64,000 nucleotides of DNA from Basidiobolus meristosporus CBS 931.73. Taxonomy: Eukaryota; Fungi; Basidiobolomycota. Each line of letters opens with the position of its first letter. Positions within the stretch are counted from its first letter, which is position 1. The stretch lies in contig MCFE01000291.1 in assembly GCA_002104905.1 (NCBI GenBank), positions 38,457 to 102,456 on the forward strand, written 5' to 3'. The notes below the pieces were generated by a model. The model was not told the origin of the DNA. It did no database searches and saw only the letters and a list, made by a program, of their open reading frames with translations. The translations under genes were made by a program, and so were the position numbers. Below, piece by piece: positions 23,049 through 34,621 of this stretch.

Positions 23049-24413
23049 ATGTCTTTACCGCCGGAGATACTTACTGAAATCTTCTCTTACCTTGACAGCC
23101 CTGGCCAACTCTATTCATGTATCCGTGTTTGTACAATATGGAGCTGTATCGCTAGCTCCATGTTATGGTATTCTCCAAAGCCTTCAGGCCATGCAGTGAA
23201 AAGTATAACTCGTTTGCTGGTTTCCTTGCAAAGCGTGCAGTCTAGAAATGCGGAACATGAGGTCATGGAAAAGACGGCGCTCAACCCCGGGGTCTCCGTT
23301 GGCCCTCGCTCCTTCTTCACGTGTAACTATAGTCTGTTTGTCGAAGAGCTTAATTTCTCGTCTCAAAAATCCACTCAGCTGTACATTCAAGACCCCTTTA
23401 TTCAAGCCATTGCCTCAAACTGTCCAAATATCAAGAAAGTCGATCTTACAAACTGTTACAAGCTTACCGACATAGCCATTAAAGCCTTGAGCGCAAATTG
23501 CAGGAAGATAAGGCATTTCTCGATTGCTGGCTGCACCTCAATTTCTGATGCGGCCATCGCTACTATGGCTGATTGTTTCCCGCAGTTGCAAGTGTTATCC
23601 GTCAAGCATTGCTTTATAGGCGGATCCTCGCTAGCGTCAGTAGTTAAAGGATGCCCAAATTTAACTTCGCTTGACGTAAGCCATTGCCAGAATATAAGCA
23701 GACCAACTCTTGAATGTATATTCGGTACTGGCAGAAAATTTGAATCACTCCAACTTGAATACTGTGGGGCTACTCACTCTGTTGTTCAAAAAATCGCAAC
23801 CTATAGCGGAAGACTTAAGCACCTAAACCTCAACAACGTATACATCTTGACTGATAGCACAATCATTGAGCTGGCCCATCGCTCATCTGCTCTGACTCAC
23901 CTAGGCGTGGCTTCCAGCTCCATCTCGGACTCTGGAATATTGGCTCTGGCCCAAAACTGCCGTAAGCTGAAGTCAGTCGACATTTCTTACTGTGGTGCAG
24001 TTACTGATCAATCAATCCTGGCACTTGCTACACAATGCCCAGAGTTGGAACATTTATCAATGGGCTACTGTGACAAGATCTCGGATGTGGGCGTTATTAC
24101 TCTCGCGAACTGTCTGCCGTATATTCGAAGTATTGACATCACATTTTGTGGGCAAATTTCAGACGTTTCGGTCAAGGCTCTTCTTGGTAAATGTCTTAGA
24201 TTGGAAAGCTTGAAAATGGGCTATTGCGTTCATGTAACCAAGGAGGCGATACACAGCATACCCGAAGGCCTAGTAACCCTACGCCATCTTAATGTATCTG
24301 GTATGCAGGACCTAAGAGATGATGACATAAGAACAATTATGAAGAAACATCCTCGCCTAAAGAACTTGGGGCTTAAAGGCTGTATGGATATATCTGATGA
24401 ATTCTGGGGCTAG
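23049..24413 (+). CDS. F-box/leucine-rich repeat protein (FBXL/Grr1-like), intronless
   Basis: F-box at the N-terminus (LPPEILTEIFSYL...CIRVCTIW) followed by many cysteine-containing LRRs (LxxLDISYCxxVTD). Confidence 0.93.
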   Translation: MSLPPEILTEIFSYLDSPGQLYSCIRVCTIWSCIASSMLWYSPKPSGHAVKSITRLLVSLQSVQSRNAEHEVMEKTALNPGVSVGPRSFFTCNYSLFVEELNFSSQKSTQLYIQDPFIQAIASNCPNIKKVDLTNCYKLTDIAIKALSANCRKIRHFSIAGCTSISDAAIATMADCFPQLQVLSVKHCFIGGSSLASVVKGCPNLTSLDVSHCQNISRPTLECIFGTGRKFESLQLEYCGATHSVVQKIATYSGRLKHLNLNNVYILTDSTIIELAHRSSALTHLGVASSSISDSGILALAQNCRKLKSVDISYCGAVTDQSILALATQCPELEHLSMGYCDKISDVGVITLANCLPYIRSIDITFCGQISDVSVKALLGKCLRLESLKMGYCVHVTKEAIHSIPEGLVTLRHLNVSGMQDLRDDDIRTIMKKHPRLKNLGLKGCMDISDEFWG

Positions 24414-25121
24414 GTGGGCTTTCACGGGATATCTACTTGGTTCCGTGGGAAATGCCTAAAACCAGTCTTTTTGATTTTCTTCTACACATATGTATGCTAT
24501 TGCTTAAAGCGTTACTTTGCATCGCTTCTCATCCGCCGTAGTATAAACACGCAACCCATATTCAGAATAATTCTTAAAATAACAGTCGCATTCATTTGCC
24601 CTAATCCGATCTGTCCTTCAAGAGATCCAACAGTGGGAGGTGCTAACCTGAAAATCTGGACTGCATCATGTCACAACTATTTCACCAGCGATCATAAACA
24701 AGAACATCCTCTAAATGTACATTGATTCCATGAGTTGAATTCGAGTAGGCCAAGCGAATGATGCCTCCGAGTGAACATCAAGAAAATAAACGAAGTCCGC
24801 TCTTTGGCGATCCACAATTGTAGCAAACCTCTCGGAGCCGCCACTGGACAAACAAGAGATATTGCCAAGCCAAGTGTGATGGTTAGTTTATTGATTCCTT
24901 GGTAAACTGGTTGACACATTTGTCCATATGGGCTCAACTGAGAGGGCCAGGGTCGACATAAAATATTCAGTTAAAGATATTTAGTGTGGATTAAGGTTTG
25001 TTGTGTATCAAATGTGATCAAGTGCCGAAAACAGGGGTTATGACTAATTATAAATAGCGATATATTAAATATACACGTATTAAGTATCAGGGGTTATTCA
25101 CAAGAAGTCTTGGTGCCAAGC

Positions 25122-26372
25122 TTAAGGAGTTTCGTACTCTTCCCGGATCCTTTCAATTCGCTTATTCATATCGTCTCGTTGCTGACTCAAGGCTCTGTAC
25201 GCTTCGTGATCAAAGCCGTGTTTTGAATACAGCTTCAGTTGACGTCGGTTGACCGCATACTTCGTCAGAGACTCATAGGTATAATCTCTCTTGGTGATTA
25301 GGAAATAAAGATATCCAAATATTCCCACTCCAACTCCTGTGAAATACGTAAACGGCTCCATGACTTGTGTAAAAGTGTGTGAGCACTTGAGCACATTGAA
25401 TATCAAACTTCAACCAAGCTTACCATCCCAGCCGTAGTCCCACCATGTAAGCTTCGCCATGACACCGAAGTAAGTGCACAAACCTGCCATGCCGCCGGCA
25501 ACAAGTTTCTTGTGAGAGTTGGAGGCGTACGAGTCACATCTCTCTTTAAGTTTGCTCAAGGGTTTCAAACGCTCTTCTAGGGTCATTACATAGTTTTCCA
25601 AGCTGGCGGTCCTTTCTGTATATTTTGGTAAATATTAGGTTGTCAGAGAATCTGGTTACAACGACTCACCTTTCAAAGTCGGGATCTGGATAAATAGCTG
25701 GTTTCTATCGGTAGATATAAAGAACCCACCACAAGGGCTTTTTATGGCCTTTTGTATGACGTCTTTCACCTTGAAATGCTGCGAATACTTGATGGATGGG
25801 TAAAAGGTACTTGAGGACTCGTGGAAAGATATGCTTTTAAACTCCGGATACTCCTCTCTAATTTGATAAGATATTACTGAAAGTGGCAGGTTTGAGCTGA
25901 AGGGAAAGGCTGCTCCAATTTTTTCGGAATAAACGCTTTGCTCATCAGAGATGGCACTAGTAGGTATAACGAGCATAGGGTTTTCGTCATCGACATCGTA
26001 TTTTAGTTTGCCTAGGGATGCTATGAGTTATTTCATGAATGAACAAAAAGGCAAAACTTGAGGCTTACCAATGGCAAGTGAGTTATAAGGCTGGAAGCTC
26101 CTTTTGTCTTTGTTTCTTGGTGTGATAAGACGCACTGGCTGAGAGCTTTCTACCTTCTCTTCAACTGATATGGCGTAATCGGCTTGGGGAGTTGTACTCA
26201 GCTGTCGATTTGTTTGGGCTCTCGATAATGAGTGAAGCTGGCAGATTGGTACAACTCTGGAGGGAATGAGCAACCTGGCGGTATACTTGATTTGTGAAAA
26301 AGTGGAGCGATATTTCGTAGCAGAAAATAAAAGACGGCTAAAATCCTGGTGTTGAGAGCGCAATAAAGACAT
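25122..26372 (-). CDS. MCU: Mitochondrial calcium uniporter pore subunit, multi-exon
   Basis: LTWWDYGWD|VMEPFTYF (DIME-type filter split by intron 25364-25423), coiled coil LEERLKPLSKLKE, two TM segments, and an Arg/Ser-rich presequence MSLLRSQHQDFSRLL. Confidence 0.93.
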
Positions 26373-28394
26373 CGTGCTGAAAGTATAAATTCGTATTGTG
26401 AATAGAATACTATAGCAATAACGGCAGTATATATATAGGTATGCGGACAAAAAGAACAAGTCCGGATCGCTAAATTTGGTAGCACCTGAATGAGATTTGA
26501 CAGGTAAGCTCAGTGATCCAAGGAGAGAAGCCGGGGGCTCACCTGGTATGGATTCAACGAAGACTGGCCATTGGTTGGCAGTCGAATCTGAGGATCCCCA
26601 TTCAGAAAATGTAATATACAGGATCATGAGGTGTCTTGTTGAATGAAAGGATTCAGATTCGGATCAGCATCAGGAACGCCCATCAGGCTATTATCAAAAT
26701 GTTGAATGTTAATCATAGTGAAACAAGGCAAGTCGATTTGGCAATACGCAATTACTTATGGTCTAACGAAGATGTAGTTGCCAGATTGTTCAGATGAGAT
26801 TTTGGACAATCCACCACCAGGCATGTATCGAGCGATGGTAACCTTCCCCAGCATGTGAAGCCCATGGATCAAGAATAGGAAAGCTAAGCTACACATGCTG
26901 CCAGCGTGCTAGCGTGTGGTTATATTTCGATTGGGTGTTTGAGCAAATGCATTGCATAGTAGATCACTTAGCTTAAGCCTATTGTCCAGGACGTTGATAT
27001 TGCACATGGAGGCTGTGATTCAGTAGCATACTTGAGACCTAATGAAGAATAATAACCAAGATACCACCTTGATGCGTCGTGACACAGAACAGTGATCACT
27101 CTGAAGAATGGCTTAGGAAATATTCCACAAGTGGTGTATTAATTTTTGAATCGGGTGTTTTACATCCAATCAGGAGTGAGTATTTCACCCATGCCCCAAA
27201 GTATTATTAAAAGCTGGTTACCGGTGGGTAACTCGGAAAATTATGTAAGTGAACAGCACTTGGTGAGCCGAGCCGAGTTTGCTTTTGGGATAGAAAGGGC
27301 TTCCAATGATCTACTAAGCCTTGTCTTGTTCGACCCAGTGTCCACGTGAGCTATTATTTCTCCACAATTAGGTGAAATGTACATATGTTTTATACAACTC
27401 ACCATATTTAATGGAATGATGGCATTGTAATTCAGCACCCACATGGTATTTACGCTATAGCAAGAGTCCCCAGGGCTCTAACAATTTGCAGTTTTCACAC
27501 TTGGCAGCACAGAATCCAGATTTAACGAATAAGAGGGATATTCAAGTTTGCGTACTCATTGCTTTTTCACGTAGTTTGAAACGTACAAGGCAATCAAACC
27601 AAATAGTTGGATAGACAGGCAGCATATATATATTGTATTTTGTTTTCTTGTTCATGAACGGTTACAAGGATATCCCCAAGGCAGACAATGTTGATTGCTC
27701 TTTCTTCACGATGTATGAATGTAGAGTAAAGTGGAAATTAGCAGTTGCGTGCTGTAAATGAGCAAGGTAACTTATCCTCGTATAACCTAAAACTCCAGAC
27801 ACAGTTATTATCTATCAGCTACCGTGTGTGCTCAGCTACCTGATATGCCTGCTATCGGTGGTTTAGCAATGAGAGGACGAGAACTTCGTAGCATCTCGTC
27901 TCAGGTTCCATAAACAGGAACCGCTGAATTGTCTCTAGTTTTCCCCGAAACAATCAGTCTCTATGTTGCATCTTTTGTTACTGAACTAAATTCAATTTTT
28001 TCAATTTAATAATGCACATTCTATGTTCACACGCCAAAGATTAAATCCATTCAGTAAATATCATATATCCAGTCGTATTGTTCTTAGACGTCAACATGTG
28101 CAATGGTATTATCATTGACAATGTTCCTCGTCACTTTGGGTCTATTGCTCAGGTTGCTTCCAAAATTACCTGAGCTGGTGGAGGGCTAAGGAATCCCACA
28201 GTCGAAATACATTTGACTTCCGAGAGTTTTCGGGTAATATGATTGTTGATCCTGGTAAATGATCACTTGCCGAGCTCTCCCCATGATTGGAAATCAATAC
28301 AAATTTTGCTTTCCCCATACTGCGCCGAATCCAACTCAAATTATGTTTGGCAATTTCTTCGCAGTTCCAAAAATTCTCGAACGACTTTGCTATC

Positions 28395-29649
28395 ATGTTG
28401 GTCGCACTCAAAAATTATTCCCCAAAACTTTACACGAGCAAGAGGGGGCTTATTCGTCTCTTAACGTCTGCTGCCAAGCACTCGTACTATGATCCCGTAC
28501 CAACAACCCCAAGCAAACCTATCACAATCCTAGGGATTGAAACTTCTTGCGATGACACGACCGCTGCTGTAGTGAACAGTGACCGTAAAATACTCAGCGA
28601 AGCCATTACTCTTCAGCACCACCTACACGAATCTCATGGGGGGATTGTGCCTAATATCGCCTTAAAAAGCCACACTATGCACCTCCCGAGCACAGTTCGT
28701 AGAGCACTGGATGAAAGCGGCATTTCTGCCTTCGAGCTTGATGCTATTGCTGTTACCCGTGGCCCCGGCATTCCTGCATGCTTGAGTGTAGGGCTGAATG
28801 CAGCAAAAACCCTCGCTGCGGTGCTGAAGAAGCCTTTAATAGGGGTTCATCACATGGAGGGACATGCTCTTACCGCTAGACTTACCGAAACCACGCAGCC
28901 ACAATTCCCGTTCTTATGTCTACTAATCTCTGGTGGACATACGTTGATATTACTTGCCGAGGATGTAAACAAGTATAAGATGTTGGGGACAACGCTGGAC
29001 GATAGTGTTGGTGAGGCTTTTGACAAAGTGGCCAGAAGCTTGAAGCTACCTTGGATTCAAGGACGGGGTGGCGGAGCAGGAGCGGCATTAGAAAAGTGCG
29101 CGCTTAGCGGAGATGCGACACGATACACCTTGCCAATTCCACTGAATACGAACGAGCACCGATACAAGATGAATTTCAGCTTTTCGGGGCTAAAAGCAGC
29201 GGTTTCCAGAATGGTGGAGGAACAGGTAGACACGAACAATCCCCAAATGGTGGCTGATATGGCCGCTTCTTTCCAAAGTGTGATCCTCAAGCATTTAGAG
29301 AACAAGATCACACTTGCCTTCAACTATTGTGTACAGCGAGATATCAAAGTCACCTCACTTGTTGCCAGTGGGGGCGTAGCCAGCAACATGGCAATTCGCC
29401 ATAGGTAATTAGTCCAAAAGATTTAAATAGCAGTCGGGACGCAAAATTGACCGTATTTCTAGATTGACGGAGCTTTCAAGCAAATATGACGCGAATCTTG
29501 TCTGTCCACCACCGCACCTGTGTACTGACAACGGAGTGATGATCGCATGGGCGGGTATTGAGCGGTATCAACGTGGTCTCTTTAATTCACTAGAAATCGA
29601 TTTCATCCCTAAATGGCCTATTGAGGAAATCAATGTACCTCCTCAATAG
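28395..29649 (+). CDS. QRI7: Mitochondrial tRNA t6A threonylcarbamoyltransferase (QRI7/OSGEPL1, TsaD family), 2 exons
   Basis: ILGIETSCDDT, VHHMEGH, LLISGGHT, DDSVGEAFDKVAR, FSFSGLK, SGGVASN, CTDNGVMIAWAG. A basic presequence starts at ATG 28395. Confidence 0.95.
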
Positions 29650-30305
29650 AGCCCAAGAATTTCCCCAGATCTTGCCAGATTTTCCGCATATAGATTGTAG
29701 CTGAATTATACTTCCAACCATCATTGTCAATGCAACAGCAGCTCGAGTTTCTTTTTAATCACCATTCCACTGCCATAACCTAGAGTCCAATTCGTTCACA
29801 GACGCGTTGACCTTTCAATACATCTATGTGTAATAGTATGTCATGTTTTACCATCAAAACTGGTCCATGTTTGTTGAATCTATAAGCTCTACATACACCT
29901 GCCCTCGCCAACCCCGATAAGGATGGATGTAGCTTCCAGGGCTCATGAAGTGAGATGAAACGCTGAATCGAAATACGAAAAGTGATAGTCCAGGGACTGT
30001 TTTCCTCAGTATCAGTATCCATTGGAGCCCATTAATCGGTTGATTCTATACAAGAATGGATATTTGCTACTATAACGTGTCTGGTAATTGGTGTTTGGAT
30101 GAATCTACCTGTTGGCAAGATTTCATGCCTGAGGTTTTCACAAGGTGATGAAACGGAGTTAATCCAAAATTCAGTATGAATTTAAGTTGATGACGAGGTT
30201 GCCAACTTCTGTATTAAGATAGATTAATTTATCAATATAAATGCCAGTCAATATCCCAGTTTTCGTAGAGAACTTGGCCTCAAACTCAGCTTGTCGGAAA
30301 CTACC

Positions 30306-31541
30306 ATGAGTTCAACTTATGTATGGGTGAAGGAATTCCTTTTTTCCATCTATGTGCTTGTTCGTGTTTATTGCCTGGTGATCAACAGGGTACGTTGATA
30401 GTTTTTCTGCTTGTCTAGGAGAATACTAAGCCGTGTCTTTGTTGAAGTTGATATTTGATCCAAAGCCATATCATGGGGAGTACGGCCACAAAATTGTTCT
30501 TATTGGTACAGTGATCTGGTGTCGTTAGGTAGGTAGCAAGCCTAATGCTGTTTAATACAGGTGACGGGTTTGCACTTGGCTTTGGAGGGACGCTAATCCC
30601 TGGTCTTGGAGGAGGTTTGGAACCGGAATTGACCTATTTTACAAGGAAACGTTACTCACCTGTCTGTACTTCACAAGGCATTGCCACTGCACTGTACCTC
30701 AAATTAATTGATGATAGAGCTATCAAACAGACCTGGCAAATCTACAATAGAGGAGTATATGGCTCAACTTCAGAAGATTGGTTACCTTCAGCCGAATCGG
30801 TAGAAAATTCAATAGGCACGGTTTGGACAGTCTCGAACAAAATAGTAATCATGATTTCATAGAAACGCAAGGTGAAGGCCCATCTCTTGGAAACAACGGT
30901 CAACGAGCCGAAGCTCGCAGACGCAGAGGTCTACATCGTTCTGGTTGGATCCAACGACGCGTATGTCACCCGTACTTGCTGAATATTCTATACTTACATT
31001 GAATATTCATGTGATTGTCTGGATAGAGGGAAGCAAGGTGATCAGATTTCAGCTGAGGAGACAGTCAACAACTTAAAATCCATATGCCAGTTCCTCCGCA
31101 AGAAGGACAAAGAGGTCTACCTTGCCACCATACCTACTGCTGATGCCTCCCGCAAAGGCGAAAAGTTCTTTGAAAATGCCAAACAATGCAATGACCTCAT
31201 TGTCCAATACCTCGAGGAGTAAGTTGCTCAATGCACCACCATCTTGTGGCAACTTGACTAATGTCTGCCTATAGGGCCGCCCATGGCGTCAAAGCTGCTC
31301 CTCGTATTGACCTTGACAACATCGAATACGATCGGGATGATCTGTACTGGAGCGACGGAAAGCATTTCAACTCAGTGGTCAGTTCATAGACTATTCCATT
31401 ATCATTTCAAGGCCATTACTGACGCCAACTCAATCCAATCATCAGGGATACGAAAAGATTGCCAAGGACTTCCTTTACAACTCTAAGAGCGATCTAATCA
31501 AGCTGGAATTTGCTCGCTTCAAAAAGGATCTAGGCTATTGA
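30306..31541 (+). CDS. SGNH/GDSL-fold protein with a hydrophobic N-terminus; block I reads GDG, so the nucleophile Ser is absent; about 7 exons
   Basis: KIVLI|GDGFALG (block I), NRGVYGSTS (block II), VLVGSND (block III), DGKHFN (block V); ends FKKDLGY. The first exon junction is less certain. Confidence 0.78.
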
Positions 31542-32636
31542 CATTTTACCATCCACACAATCACTTTTAGCCCACTTTACTTAAGCCACAATCACAGTCG
31601 GATGCTTGTTTCCATTCTATTGGGTCATGGTCGCGCAAGATCTTGTGCTTGATCTACGACCACAGTTTGCAGTAAATAAAATCTAGTTAACGATCGACTC
31701 TCGGCCGCTGGCCAGCCTTGCTCCGCATCACATGGATTCTTGTGATATGAACAAATGAGCCGATCTCACTTCACTTTTTAGCCAGGTGAATGGTGTAGCC
31801 TGTGGAGTGAAATCCATAACAATTCGGATGATCGTTCATGAGGCAACATCACTTATTCTAGTTGCCACTGGCGCGCTGGATGCCATTTCCATCCACACCC
31901 AATCAAGACCCCTTCTAAACGGATAGTGCTGTTTAACTGGTTCGAACGAGGCTTCCATTTAGTAGGGGTTGATGGTGTGGTTCTCGGGTGGATTTCTCCG
32001 TTTGTTACTTCACGTGTACAGTGACACCCAGGCATGGATCATATGAAGATCAGTGACCCGCTCCTTTTGCTCTGCATGTTTCCCCGTCTTGCATTGTAAT
32101 ATAGCATTCCACTGGTGCTATTTTTATCACCTTGTCTCAACAGCACTCTTATGAGCTCGATTTCATATAGCGGCCTGCCCGATGAGACAACACATTCGCA
32201 ATTTATAATATGGATATCCAGTAGAATTCGAAATCGCCAATTATTTCATTTTCGGTTTGACTGCTATAGGAGCATACTTTATCTTCTCCTAAATGTGCGT
32301 ACATCCCTTTGTATTAAGGCAAGGCGTCGAATTGAATTTGACCCATTTCAATATACGGTAAAGTCAGGGAACAGTACAACCCATTGGATTTGCGTCATCG
32401 AGCAATCAATATCTCGATCGTAGGGAGGGCCAACTGTCGTGCAAATTGCTTCCTTTTTAGCCTCAGTCGAGTGGTTCGACTGGTACAAATACTGCCATGC
32501 CGCCATCGGATTTCTTGTACACCTTAGTCGACACGGCTATTCCGAATCTTGCTGGCCCTTACCTGGCCATCCCTATTCCTAGAATTACCGAGGGTTCTCT
32601 TTGGGCCGTTCTCATTCCTGCTAGTATATCGACACA

Positions 32637-34067
32637 ATGCTGTACTTGACCTCCGATAGATTCCCCGTCTTTGTGCCTTTCGGGATCATCGGTCTCTACC
32701 GATATTTATGGTTTCTAATTAAATTGTCGGCCTGGTGGGTGTACAGACCCATCAAACCACTGGCGAATCCTACCTACAATGCTTATCGCGATGTAACCAT
32801 CGTCGTCCCTACCATCGATGCTGGTGAAGAGTTCAAAGAGGCTGCCCACTCTTGGCTCGCGAACAACCCCAAGGAGATTCTTATCATTACGGAAACCAAC
32901 ATGTTGGGCCCGCTTCAAGAGCTTGCCAATTCTGTAAACCCCGAAAAGATCAAGGTATACACTGTGCCCAAGGCTAACAAACGGCTACAAATGGTGGAGG
33001 GAATCCGCCACACTAACACTGAGATCCTAGTGTTTGCTGATGATGATGCCATTTGGCCTCCTACCCTCCTCGAATATGTGTTGGCATGCTTTGAGGACCC
33101 AAAAATGGGTGGCGTTGGAACATCGCAGAGAGTCAAGCCAGTTGGAAAGCGCCAAACGATGTGGGAGGTGCTCGCTGGCTTTCGCCTTACCCAGCGAAAC
33201 ATTGAGGTTGCCGCATCTACCCACATAGATGGCGGCGTGTGCTGCCTTTCGGGGCGTACTGCCTGCTACAGAACATGTATCTTGAAGGACCCTTCATTTA
33301 TTCACAGCTTTACCAATGATTTCTGGCTTGGTAAATATCAGCTCAACTCTGGGGATGACAAATTCCTAACACGCTGGATTGTAAGGCACGGATGGAATAC
33401 ATACATCCAGGCATGTCCTGAGGCTGAACTTCTGTCAACCTTCAAAAACAATTGGCGCTTTCTCAAGCAGGTGCTTCGTTGGACCCGCAATACCTGGCGC
33501 TCCGATATCCGCTCTCTGATGACCGAGAGAGTAATCTGGCATCGATATCCGTTTGTGGCATTTACCATGCTCGACAAATTTTTTAATCCCATAACGCTCT
33601 TGGCTGGGCCGGTGCTAGTGGCATACCTATGCTACAAATCTGTTAATCCTCGGAATCCTCAAGACTTCATGCCTAGCACAAACCCAAGGCGGGTCCCAGG
33701 CGCACCACCTAGCCCCAATGCCTTTCATTTGCCAATTTGGAATGTTCTCCTTTCCTATGTTGTCTGGCTACTCTGCACACGTATCATCAAGCTTTTACCC
33801 CACTTTTGGAAGCGTCCTCAAGACATCATATACGTGCCCGCGTGGCTGATATTTGGGTACTATTTTGCTGTCATGAAGATATATTCCCTATTCACTTTAC
33901 ATGTCACTGCGTGGGGGACTCGCCAGGGCGTTGATACGGATCCCAACGAGGTTCTGGCGGAGCAGAAGAGACTGGAAGAAGAGGGTGCGATAGAAACAAA
34001 TGCAACCGTGAACAATCTGAATGCTGCCAAGCAGAATTTCCCCGAAGAACCCAAAATCAATATTTGA
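32637..34067 (+). CDS. Processive family-2 glycosyltransferase (CPS1/hyaluronan-synthase-like polysaccharide synthase)
   Basis: VTIVVPTID, VFADDD (DxD), SGRTACYR, GDDKFLT, QVLRW (QxxRW); one N-terminal and several C-terminal TM helices; one continuous 476 aa ORF. Confidence 0.93.
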   Translation: MLYLTSDRFPVFVPFGIIGLYRYLWFLIKLSAWWVYRPIKPLANPTYNAYRDVTIVVPTIDAGEEFKEAAHSWLANNPKEILIITETNMLGPLQELANSVNPEKIKVYTVPKANKRLQMVEGIRHTNTEILVFADDDAIWPPTLLEYVLACFEDPKMGGVGTSQRVKPVGKRQTMWEVLAGFRLTQRNIEVAASTHIDGGVCCLSGRTACYRTCILKDPSFIHSFTNDFWLGKYQLNSGDDKFLTRWIVRHGWNTYIQACPEAELLSTFKNNWRFLKQVLRWTRNTWRSDIRSLMTERVIWHRYPFVAFTMLDKFFNPITLLAGPVLVAYLCYKSVNPRNPQDFMPSTNPRRVPGAPPSPNAFHLPIWNVLLSYVVWLLCTRIIKLLPHFWKRPQDIIYVPAWLIFGYYFAVMKIYSLFTLHVTAWGTRQGVDTDPNEVLAEQKRLEEEGAIETNATVNNLNAAKQNFPEEPKINI

Positions 34068-34149
34068 TAATGAATTCATACAGTCCTCTTGTCAATAGTT
34101 CAGTTGAAACCGATCACTCCCTCTCTCATGTGCCCCTTATCAGTTTGTA

Positions 34150-34171
34150 ATATATATATATATATATATAT
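34150..34171. repeat. (AT)n microsatellite in the GT2 3' region
   Basis: About 11 consecutive AT units read directly. Confidence 0.95.
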
Positions 34172-34621
34172 GTAAGGATCAATAATCCTGATTTTTCAAA
34201 TGTTTGTTGACATATTTCCATTTCAGTTGTAATAAAGAGTTCTTCTCATAGCAGTAGAGCGCTCGAACAAGTATCAAACCTCATGTGCATGCAAAGCAAA
34301 GTAGTCAATTCACCATACATGCCAGCCTGTTTATATTCTGCGCTGTTGAAGGGATTGGATATCTTTCCAAAACTGGAGTAGACTGGTTACCACGAAGATC
34401 TGCAATCCAGGGAATAGGAGGGGGTCATTAACTACATAGCCAGGTGACTTCCGGCCTCAATGGTATAAGCAGTATTTATTGTAAGCCAAACGGAAGAGAC
34501 AGATTGAAATTAGAGCTATAATATTGTTGAAATAAAGAACGCAACATATTTCTTGACGTGGCCTTGAGTGGCTAGAGGTAGCGAATAGGGTAGTCTTTCA
34601 GAGAAACGATACAGCTATATG

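Noticed and set aside
26028-26627. 199 aa ORF extending upstream of MCU
   Set aside because: Only the part from ATG 26372 looks like a mitochondrial presequence; the upstream part reads like UTR.
28287-28394. Longer N-terminus of the QRI7 ORF given in the ORF track
   Set aside because: It begins at a non-ATG codon; ATG 28395 gives a typical basic presequence.
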